From Raillietiella orientalis (taxonomy: Eukaryota), in the NCBI GenBank assembly GCA_036172245.1, contig JAYWIR010000005.1:3782001-3846000 (forward strand): a stretch of DNA of 64,000 nucleotides, given 5' to 3'. The position numbers were made by a program, and so were the translations under genes. The notes beneath the pieces were generated by a model. It was not told the origin of the DNA, did no database searches, and saw only the letters and a list, made by a program, of their open reading frames with translations. Positions 12,021-23,071 of this stretch are shown one piece after another (position 1 is the first letter of the stretch; each line of letters starts with the position of its first letter).

Positions 12021-12516
12021 CCGCCAAGAATCGACTTCCCGGACTTTGTCCCTGGTTGGACGTTCCGGTGCCTGGCTGGCTTCCCACGTGGGGAAAGGCC
12101 TTTAAGCGGGTTCGGTGAAAGCGGAACTTGAGCTGTCCGTAGAAAGCCGAGGAGGGTTCGCTCACCTGCAGCCCTCCCGACGAGCTTGGTGGGCTTGGAA
12201 AGGAATCGAAATGGCAACCGGGCGATCTGCTGACAAGGGTCAAAAAAGGGGGAAAACGCGGAACGGGAACGAAGCGACTCGGAAGCGCAACTCTTGCCGG
12301 CGCTCCTGAAGATGCGTAAGAACCACTGCGCGGGATGGGACTGCTGTCAAGAGTGCCAGTGTTGGTCGTTTCCTTGCTGCCGATTGCGCTCACTTTTTCC
12401 GACGGATGTGGAGGCGCGCGGTTTCCTCGCATCTTTCCGCGACTTCGCTCCTCGATGGAGATCTTTCTGCGAATCTGCCTTCTTTTCGACGGATGGGTAG
12501 CAGCGGATTTGCAGAG

Positions 12517-12541
12517 AGCAGCAGCAGCAGCAGCAGCAGCA
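12517..12541 (+). repeat. (AGC)8 microsatellite
   Basis: Read directly from the sequence. Confidence 0.9.
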
Positions 12542-13415
12542 CGCCGAAGTGCACCAAAGTGGCGCGCCCCGGTGCCGCTTCGGTTGTTTGCGCCCTCGCC
12601 GCGGTCCGCGTTCCGGGAGGTCCCGCGACGGGCCGGCTGGACGGGCGCAGGTTGCCGGAGGGTGGATGGCGTGTCGATCGCACGTCCGTTGGCTGCACGG
12701 TGGTATCATCGTCGGAAATGGTTTGTCGAGGACGCAGCTTCGGTGGAGCGATGAGCACCCGCTTCGGCAGGCGCCTCGCGGAAGATGGGATGAGTTTGCG
12801 ACTCTCTGCATGCTGGCAGAACGGATGCTGTTTTCCGGTTCCTTGTTCGGACAGCACGGGGGCCGTCGCAAGTGTTCGTCTACCGAAACGCATGCATCGG
12901 GTGTTTGCAGGGGTTGAACGCGAACGGCCGCTTGTTCCGTGCTTCAATAAAACGAATTGGCTACCTTTAAAGTCCTTGGTGTTTCTTCGTTTTTCATATC
13001 CAACGGCAACGGAAATATAGAAAGTAGGATAAATCGAACTGGCAACTTTGCAGCTGCCTTAACAGAGCACTCCCCTTCAGGTAGAAGGAAAGGAGGGATT
13101 GCGGACTTCACCATCTTGTAGGCATGTTTCCCGGCTTTTCTAGGCTCGGTTCGCTTTTTTTTTTTTGTCGTTTTTTTTTTTTGAAAGGGGATGGCGTGTT
13201 CACGTATAGGGTGCGGGTTAGATGGGGAGGAGGCGCTTGGGAGTACAGGTTCCCATTTGGCGCGTGCGCTTGAGCCTGCACTCCATGGATACTCTAGCCC
13301 GCGGTAGCAGCTCTCAGGAGCCTTTCCGGGGTGCGCTTCCCTCCAAGAAGACCGTGAACCCGTGCTCTGTTTTTTCCCACCTTGAACCTGTTTTTCCTTT
13401 CGTGTTCTCAAGCCG

Positions 13416-16400
13416 ATGGCCTCGATGGTGCCGCTTCCCGTAAGGATCGACCGCGCGGACGGTCAGTCGTCGGTCTTCCTCAGCAGTATACGTGCGTCCG
13501 TTGTGTTCTTATGTCTCCTCGGGCTGTTTCCGGTCCGCTCGGCTTTCCTTGGACGGTTGCCGGAGGTGACGGCGTCGGAGTTAGGGCGGCGTCAGAGGCG
13601 GCCTTGGTGGTACAGCTGGGAGGCTGCCTATTCTGGCGGCGTCTTCGCTATCCTGTGCTTCCTCTACCAAATCCAGAAAGGCGTCCTCATCTTCTCCTCC
13701 TCCTCATTCAGCACGGCCTTCTACACGTCCTACCTGGTGGGTCGTTGCGTCTCCCTCCGCAACTTCGCCCTCCCGATCCTCAGCATCGTCAACGCGGGCA
13801 GGCTCCTGGCTTTCTACCGGAGCGTCCGCGTCCTCGATGGTCACCACTTTAGCCTCCGCGAGCGAGACTACAAGAGGGTGTGCCTCGCCGATCGCAGCAG
13901 CGTAGTCTTCATCCTGGTCACCTGGGTAGCCACCTTCTGGGCCATCTACTCCCACCTGTCCGACCGCAGCATTCTGGACGCCTGCTACGGGTCCTGGATG
14001 TTCTGCACTAGCCTCTTCCTGGAACTTCACCTGGCGCTCATCTGCCTCGCCATGAGGCACCGATTCGCGGGGTTGAACCGGGCCCTACGCTCGACCCTCG
14101 GAGTCAGAGGAGTCCAGGCGCGCCCCTCCTTCCGCGTCTCCTCGACGCGTGCTCTCCTGCGTGCCCGCGCGGTGGAGGAGTTGCGCGTCCTCTTCTGCGG
14201 CTACTCGGCCTCGTTCCGGCTGCTCTCGGACGCCGTGCAGATGCAACTGTTTGTCATCATCACTACGGACTTCCTGACCTCCATCTGGGGGACTTACTAC
14301 GGGATCTTCCAGTACGTCCGCGGCCACAGGATGTCTCTGCCGATCTCCAGTTCCTTGACCGCCATGTTCCTCGCCTCCTACGGGATGATCAAGCTGTTGA
14401 TTATGGCCATCTCCGTCGAGGTGGTCGTCAAAGAGGTGAGGGGGAAACGGAGGAGGAGGAAGATAGGACATCCTGGTCGTTCGAGTGGCGCCACCAAAAC
14501 GCGTCTCCTTCGCGCGCCTCGAGCGCCGCGGAGAAAGAGGGGTTCCGTGAGGTGAGCAGGTGCCAACAGTAGCCACCCCGGAGAAGGGAGCGGCGAACAA
14601 AGGAGACCGGCGACGGCGCAGGGTTGGAACCATCGCGGTGACCTCGGTGTGCTCGGCAACAGCAGCACAAGGTGAGGAGACAGAATTAGGCAGAGTCAGA
14701 GAGGAAGATAGGAGGTTCCGCGGACGGGCGTACTTCCGTCGGCAAGGTAAGTCCCCGTTTCCGAAGACGGAACGCGGGGATCGGCGATGAAAGCGCCAGC
14801 TTGACGTGGTATACTACCGGCAGGTTCCGAGTTTTCTCTTTTCCAGTCGCAAGCGACCCTCCCCATCCTGGAAGACGTGAGCGCGGCGCAGCTGGAAGGA
14901 GGAGTTCTTCAGGAGGTGAGGGGACGGGGGGGGGGGACGCTCTCGTTTCACTCATCCTTGAACTCTTCCTCCTCCTCCTCCTCTGCCCCGAGCGCAGGTG
15001 CTGTTCTTCAAGGACTGCACCCTTCTGTACCCCGTTCAGCTGAATGTCTTCCGGATGTTCCAGATCAATCAAAGGTTCTTCACCGTCGTAAGTGACTCAG
15101 GCACCACCACCTTGAGCTTCCCACGCTTCCTCGCCGCTTTTGCATTTGCCTCTTCGTGCCTTTCCCCTCGCGTGGTCGGTGGGAAACGCGGCGCTTTCGC
15201 GTCAGTCGCCATGGAGACCATCCTTCCTCCAGCCGATGAAAAAGTACGGCAGGTCGCCGATGGCAAGTACGCACGCACGCACACACGACGCAGGTCCGCT
15301 GTCGATGCCGCAACCGGTTCTCCGCGAGCTCGCGCATATCGAGTGGACCCATCCTGGGAGAGTCCTGCTTCCCCCTACCCGCCAATTCCTTCCCACGCGC
15401 GGCCACGAGAGGGAAATCGAGAGAGTCCGCTAGCAGGACCTGCGAGCTGAATCTGGGCGACGATGCCCTTCTTCGAGAGCGTGAGTGTGCGCCTTTGCAA
15501 GTGACGACGCTCCCTCTCCTGTGCGACCGGCTCTCTCGCCGGAGACGGGAAACGGGAAACCTTGGATTCCGAGAAACGTCCGGCTGGGACAGCTCCCGCG
15601 CCGCTCCTGCCAACTTACGGCGGGAACATCGATGGCTGTTGCCGTCGATCTGCTTTGTGGGAGGGAGGGGAAATGGCTGCCTGAAAGTAAAACACACACA
15701 CTATCTGAAGTTTCCCCACCCCCTTCCTTTTTCTCTTTTTTCCTCCCAGAAACAGAATCATTCTGCTCGAGTGCATCAACGAGGCGCGGCCTGTGCGCTC
15801 CGATTTTAAAAATTGCTCCGGAAGATGGTGCGCAGTCAGCGCGCCGCACCTCATATCAACGGGGAGGGGGGAGGGGAGGAAATCCACAATGGCAAAATCG
15901 AAGTTGGCAGGATAGTGGTATAGGCAGCGGCGGTCGTGAACGTCGTTGCGTTCTTTTTTGTGTGATGGGATTTTCTCAAGAGTTACGCAACCATCTGATT
16001 AGATAGGCGGGAGTCAGAGGTGCCTATTGCGCCACATTCTCACCTCTCTGCTGTGCCGTATCGTCGTTTTTCTCTCTCTCTACCGTCAATCCTCCCGTGA
16101 CTCATCTTCGAGCCCTTCCATCCCTCGCGCGTTACCGGCCGCGCCTCTATCAGGCAGCTCCTCGCGTTCCGGTCTCCTGCACGCGCGCGCCACGGATGCT
16201 GATGCCCCCGGCACTCCTTCGGGTCTCGAGAGTGCGGAAGGGAAGGGAGGCGGGGGAGGACGAGGGGTGCTGCGAAAGGGAGGGGGGATCGCTGCCTCCG
16301 TTCCACCTCGGAGATCCGTTCGTCCCTCCCGTCTTTCCGTTTTTTGCTCCCCTCCTCGTGCGGCTCTCCCTCCTGCAAGCGCATTCCAGCAACACGGCAG

Positions 16401-17855
16401 AACCCCGTGGTGGTGGCGCCGGCAGTGCAGCGCTCCTCGCGCGGGGTGCTACCTGGTCGCTCCACCGTGTGGGAGCAAGGGGCTTCCCCTCGGGCGCTCC
16501 GGTGACGACGCTGCGTGCCCTGCCGCAACGGGCAGAAGGCGCCCCCGGCGGAGCCACCTCAAAGCTCTGGAGGCCCTCCCCGGGAGAGGAGCGGGGCACT
16601 TTGGGGTGCTGTGGCTCTGAGCCCCTTCTCCGGAAAAGGGGCGGGGTCTCCCAGGAGGGGGGGGGTAAGAGGCTTCACTGACTGCCCCGGGCGCGGGTGG
16701 TGACGTCCGCGGAACCGCCTCGCGAGACAAGCGAGCAGTGAGGGGCTTCCTCCCCTGCGCTCCTCGTCCCGCGGCCCGCCCCCGCTCTGTTGCCACCGGA
16801 GATGGCGGGCCAAGCTCGGGAGAGGCAGCCCGCTGCTGCCGTGTCCGTCTGTCGGAGACGGAGAGCTGCGCGGGATCGCTTGAGGGCACCGGCCTCGTTC
16901 CTGACCTTTGGTCAGCGTAACTGTCGTCCAGAGGGGCTGCAGGAAGGCCGGCGGCGGACCGCGCGCATCGCTTCCTGCCGAGAAGAGGAAGGGGAGGAGC
17001 CCTCCGGCGTTGCAGCCGGAAGCCGCTCCCATCCTTCTCGGGGGCGGAGTCGTGGAAGAGCGGAAGTGCGCCGGGAGCTCTCCCGGTCCTCCTCCGCAAT
17101 GCCCCACGAGGAGCAGCAGCCAGAAGTCCGCCCGCGGCCGGCTCCACGCCCTCTGGAAGGGAGGAGGGCCCTCACTTCGTGGGGAGGTCAGGGAGGGAAT
17201 CCTGCTCGACGACCGCCTCCCTCCCCATCCTTCCCCAACGGACGGTCCCCAGAGCTTCGGAGGCGAGGAGGACGGAAGGCTGGCTGACGGCAAAATGGGG
17301 AGTGGGGGGGGCGAAGAGGTTCTTGTGGATCCCACGGACCTGCGAGGCAGCAGCGGTCACCAGGGCAGGGAAGCCGCATACCGCCTTCGAAAGAGGGGAG
17401 GAGGTAGCTAAGGGGCTCGAAGGAGAGAAAAGGGAAGGGAGGAAGGAGGGAAGGGTAGCGGTGTAGCACAGGAGGAGGGGAGCGGGCGGGCGGGAGAGGA
17501 ACAGCGAGGAGCGGAGGGCAAAGGAGGACCGCTGCCGCGGCGATCCCCGGAGAAAGTTGGTAGAGGGGTGGAAGGTCACCGAGTGGTGACTTCCCTTCCT
17601 TCCTTCCCTGCGCGCTTCTTCTAGAGCGACTTCAGCGGCGGACTGAGGAGGTTCCTTCCGGAGGGGCGGGGCAGGGTGGCAGGCGCCTCTCCAGGGGCCA
17701 ACTCCTTGGCGGCTCCTCGTTCTGTCGCTCAGAACCGTTCCTCACCAACGCCCCCTCCGTCGCTGCTGACCGGAGCCGCCTCTTCCTCGCAGGGGTTCGT
17801 CTCGTTCCTGACCTACTGCCTGGTGCTCCTGCAGTTCCTCCAGACGGAGGGCTAA
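13416..17855 (+). CDS. Gustatory receptor family (7tm_7) chemoreceptor, ~413 aa; exons 13416-14435, 14847-14915, 14998-15087, 17793-17855
   Basis: A long hydrophobic first exon is followed by three phase-0 GT-AG introns. The penultimate exon is 90 nt (VLFFKDCTLLYPVQLNVFRMFQINQRFFTV). The last exon GFVSFLTYCLVLLQFLQTEG* carries the GR TM7 signature TYhhhhhQF. AATAAA near 18099. Start codon uncertain. Confidence 0.9.
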
Positions 17856-20800
17856 CGCGAGTGCCACCACTGCGACTCTCCGGGGAGGAGGAGGAGGAGG
17901 AGGAAGCGTCCCCCATGTAACCGAGGATGAGGTCTCAGAACCCCTTCTCCTGCTTCCCACGTCCTCCTATCCCCGCGAGCCGCGTCGGGGAAGCGGGCTG
18001 CGGAGGATGCAAGTCACAGTCTTGGGGACCTCCCTCCAGGCTTCAGGAGGTCTCCGAGGACGACTCGGGACTCCCGAAGGGAAGATCCCGTAAAAATAGA
18101 ATAAAATAGAAGCCAGGCATTAGTGAACTTGCGGAAAGGAAGGCAGGCGCTCGAAGTGATCACCCACTCCTCCTCGTGCAAGTCTTGCAACTCGCCCCCC
18201 TCCTCCCCCTGAAGACCGGTTCTTCCGTGGAGCAGCAGAGGCGAAACCACACTAACGGAAGCTTCCAGGGGTCTACGTCGAAAAGAGGGATAGGCTGTCT
18301 CCCTTGGCCCTCCCCCCGAGGCAGGCCTTCCATTCTTGTTGGGCCTGGAACAAGGGGGGGACATGAACAAGTCCACCTCACCGCTTGGCGTTCAGAGGGT
18401 CACCGCCGTGACCCCTGCCGGGAGAAGGTACACTCGTGGTCTTCCCCTGGGAGAAGGTGCCTCCTAGAGGGGACTGGGGATCCGACTAGGGAGGAGGCTA
18501 ACCGGTGAAGAATGCCAATGGCTCTCTTGGTATGAGTCACCATGGCGAAGTCTCCCCTTTCTCCTGTCTGCAACCAGCAGACATCCGGTCTTACGCAGTC
18601 CCGTGAAGGAAGAACTTCTCATCAAACAGCCGTCCTGCAAGACGGGAAGAAAAGCGAAGGGAGATAAGGGAGACCTTCTGTTTGTCCGGAGGAATGCTGC
18701 ACATAGTACCCGGGAGATTCAGGTCACCCAGGTGGACCGCAGAGGCTCGGGGAGCGGTTCAGACGAAGAGTCAGCGACTTATACAGTCCAGGGCCGAGGC
18801 GGATCCGAACCCACCCGGAAAGTCCCCTCAGCCTTACAGAACCGGAAGGAGACGGAGAGGTGGGAATAAAAAATGAGCGCATGTGCCCTACTCTTCATCT
18901 TGGGTTCACGAGGAGTCAAGCAATGGGGAAGGCCCCAAGGAGACCACAACAAGACGATGGAACCGAGGTGCCCCGTGCCCATTCCCTTCCTTGGAAGGAC
19001 TGGGTTTTCCTGATAGCGATACCCTGGAACCCTCCTAATTCCTTCCTGGCGGCAGTCCAGGGACGCACATGCCGGTCTGTTTTGGAGTTCTTCCTAGATG
19101 CAAGGGTTTTCCTGATCCTTTGCTTCAGGACAGGCACCTCTCGCTAGGATAGGCAAGTGGGAAGCGAGCCGAGATGCTGGAGATTCGGAGGAAGACAACG
19201 TTGCCCTTCACACGAGTTTTGGCTCCATTTGGCCTCGGCGGCAGGCTGCTGCCGTTGCACATCTATAGACTGTTCGTTTTTCGTCCAAATGGAAAAGACG
19301 ATACGATTCTAAGTCGTTTGGAAAGGTGATCGCGCATGCGCTTGACAACCAAGAATCCGATAGAAGTGTGTGCCCCGGCATGGAAGGTTGACTTTTTTTT
19401 CCTTACTCATCAGATCGCGTCGAGTCCCTGATTCTGTCGCAAATGACACCGCTTGAAGTTTCTTAGGCCTGCAACAGAAAAAACACACAAACACACATTA
19501 GTTGGCGGAGGTTCCTTCAGACGATGAAGAAAAGGTACGACCTGTATCTGGATCTCGACGAAGCCGAAGAGAGAAGACGGAAAAGAGCTCTGGTAGGGAG
19601 GAAGTGTTTCTAGCGCTGCAAATAATTTCTCCTAGGAATCAGTTCGAAAAGCCTGGTTGGCTGGAAATGGAATAGCTGGGAAAGAAAGAAATGGAAGAAC
19701 TGTGCTCGTGGCTTTCAGCTACATCAATAATAGAATTGACTTTCATGTCCGACTTTTCTGTAGAACAACGTTTGCTCAATGTATATTGGTATTGACTCCC
19801 ACTTTTTAAAATCAAACATTTTTTCTTTAGTGAAGAACTGAGCGAATTTTTTTTAAAAACATCTCAAAATTGGATTTATTGCGAGAGCGATCCTATTCAT
19901 CATGCAACAGGGACTTTCTGAAAATATTTATTCCAGCCCCTTCCACACAGTAATTCGCTTTCAAGGTTGATTCCAGGATTCCAATGAAGCTCGATTGTGA
20001 AAACAATTCTTTCCTGTTACCGGCGTAGGACGGCATATCCGCGCTTTCCCCGCTTTTGTTTATTCAAACAGAATTTGGAATCTTTCGTCAAGAGTGGAAC
20101 GTTTCAAAATTTTCAAATAAAATATCTAACTTTTTGTGTGGAACTGTCAACACTTTTTTCTGATTGCATTTTGAGAAATTTTGAAAGAGAAACTACCAAT
20201 CATAGCTTTTAATAATGAGAGCACAATACAAAAGGTGTTTAATCCAATTAAATTTCATATCTGATTTCATTGGATTCAACTGAGCTTTCCAAGGAAAAAA
20301 GAATGTGCTAAATTATGACGCAAGTAATTTTATGATAACACGGATGAGCACGAATCCGAAGCTGTCTCGCAGAATGTGCTCTCATCTCTTCTTTCGTATC
20401 ATCTGATAGGCCTTGAGTTATAAGGCCAATGTTCAAGATTTTCTGATTTCCTTTTAAGGAGATATGCAATTTTTTAATTTAATAAAGAAATTCAGTTTAA
20501 GAAAATATCAAAAAGTTGACAAAAAATGCAAAATTGATATTCTGGTTTAAAGTTAATTTTAATATTAAGAGTATCTGTATAAGAGCAATCATGATGCGCT
20601 AATTAAATTTTTTGTATTCATAAAAAGGATTAAAATATAGAAGTTGATTTTAAAAAAAGGAAACTGAGATCTTCAGTAGTAATCATTAATTTTCTTTGAT
20701 ATTTTTTACATGTTGAACTAAATTGTGTACATACTGAGCTCATGTTGTAAACAACGATCTTCGAAAATGAGCTGGTTAATCTTTGAGCAACATTTTATTT

Positions 20801-21216
20801 TTTGAAAAATAAGATATTCACAGTAATGAGAAACAAACCTGAATATAATAAGAAATAGAACCTTGATAAAAATATGAAGCAGATCGTTGTAAATATAGGT
20901 GGAACATTTCTGAAGAAGCATTCTTTCATCGAAGAGGATATATCAAAAACAATCAAGAGGTGAGGAACAAAAGAAAGTTAAAAATTAAATAATTTTTTTC
21001 AAATTTAGAAAAATTTATTTTGGGATAATGCTTCGTTTTTGGTCTAACGATTTGTTTTAACCATGATTCTGAAACATTAGCAAGTCATGAATATGATGAA
21101 GTATGGCAACCCTGTTTATTTAGGTGTAGGTTTCTGCAAAATCGAGATATGATGTGATTAGCAAACATTTTGATATCGATATTTTGAGGAATAAACTGTG
21201 TTAGTTAAATGCAGAT

Positions 21217-23071
21217 ATGGATAAAAAGTGCGCCAGATGCAGTAAAATTGTTTATCCTTTGGAAGAGTTACGCTGTCTTGATAAAGTAGGTTAAATCAGT
21301 CTGTCAGTATGATCGTATTATTTCTAAATAATTGTAATTACTGCAAATAAAGGTCATATTTATAAATGATTGGCAATTAGGGACCAATTTTGATGTTTTC
21401 TTTTCCACTCTGTCTTATCAGAGAAGTGATAATACTACTGGGAGCAAAGAGCTTTTATAACATTTTCGAATTAATTTTATTGTAGGTACATTTTTTCTGA
21501 TTATATTGTAATTTTCCATCAAGTAATACTGTTCCGGAAAAGAAAGGAATGTAATAATAAAATTTCTGAATTTCTATTTTAAAGTAGATCTGTAGTAAAT
21601 AGCGACTGTCTTACGAAAATGAAGGTGTTTTTTGTATCATTATTATTTTATATTAGGAATGTGTTATTTATTTTCAAGTTTCATTGTGGAAGCTTATTTT
21701 TTGTCATTAATACATCAGATAGTTTTCCTTCTTTTTTTACGTAAATGTGTGCCATTGACATGTTTAAATAGTATTTAACAAATATATAATGCTAAATTGT
21801 AGCTCTCAGACGTGAAATCATTTGCAGCACCTATCATGTAAACAGAAACCTGTAAGTAAGACCTGTAAAGCATGTGTATTCTGCCAACAAATAATGCATT
21901 AATTTTGTGATTTGTAAACTAATGTTATCTAATCATAAAAGTTTGTGGTTTTGTTATATGGTTCTTTCTGCGTGTTTTTGTTCTACATGCCACACCTGTA
22001 TATTAGAATCTTGCTTTTATAGGTATGGCATAAGTTATGTTTTAAATGCCAAGAATGTGGAATGATTCTCAATATGAAAACTTACAAAGGATTCAATAAA
22101 AGTCCTTACTGCGAGGCGTAAGTATAAAGTGATGGGGTTCATTCTAACAGTAGTAGGCATGTACCTAAGGTAAAAGCAACCACAGTAGCAGAAACACCTG
22201 AACTCAAAAGATTGGCTGAGAATACTCGTTTGCAATCCAATGTAATTAGATGTTAGAATACATTGTATAAACTGATTCTGTGTTGCAATGTTAGGTTAAA
22301 TATCATGAGGAGTTTGAGAAAAATAGAGGCAAGTTTACCCAGGTTGCTGATGATCCGGAAACTGTGCGCATCAAAGCAAATACCAAGATCATCAGGTTGG
22401 ACTTACAGTTGAACTTTGTGTTTGTAAAATTGCTGGTTAGCAATGCACTTTATCATGGTGATTTGGAGAAAAAGGTAGAAATGGAGAAACGTCGAGGTGT
22501 ACCCTTGCATGAAAATAATGCTACACAAGTGCATTCACACCAAGATCCTTCATATGCTCATCCTAAATCCGTTGCTGCTGCTGCTGTGCCGGAAATGAAA
22601 GATTCTCCTTATAGCAGCCGTCAAGCATCAACAGTGATTTATGCCTCTCGTCCTGGATCTGGTCAGTTGGCATAATTGTGATCCACATTATTTGTTCTTT
22701 AGTGCCTCAAAATCAGGGTAGACGAATTGGCTCCATAACTGACTATGAGCCTAGCATGCAAGAATATTCAGCTGGGCAGTATTATTCTTTGGAAGATCCA
22801 CCAGTTCAGACCAATTCTTATTGTCCTGATGGTACTCCTTCAGATTTTGCAGTGAGTTACAGAATCAAAAGTATTTACTCTATTTTTATGACAGCGTGTG
22901 TTTCGTGCTATGTATGATTATCAGGCAGCTGATACTGATGAGGTTAGTTTCAAAGATGGAGATGTCATCGTGAATTGCTATCCTATTGATGATGGGTGGA
23001 TGATGGGTACTGTGCGAAGAACAGGAAAGAGTGGCATGTTACCAGCAAATTATGTGCAGCTCGTCAATTAA
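21217..23071 (+). CDS. LASP1: LIM and SH3 domain protein Lasp
   Basis: LIM domain [56 protein letters not shown]; nebulin repeats ([37 protein letters not shown]); C-terminal SH3 [44 protein letters not shown] introns. Confidence 0.96.

Noticed and set aside
12335..12754. ORF with a signal-peptide-like N-terminus (MGLLSRVPVLVVSLLPIALTFS) and a downstream AATAAA at 12946
   Set aside because: The remainder is low-complexity and microsatellite-derived, with no splice structure or homology. It cannot be supported without expression data.
21174..21181. DRE motif TATCGATA upstream of Lasp
   Set aside because: A single 8-mer in AT-rich DNA, probably inside a 5'-UTR intron (an acceptor-like TGCAG lies just before the ATG).
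22346..22362. Hammerhead-like CTGATGA-TCCG-GAAAC (also CTGATGA at 5811 and 56454)
   Set aside because: It lies in Lasp coding sequence (ADDPET) and I found no flanking stems I/III. The other sites lack GAAA.
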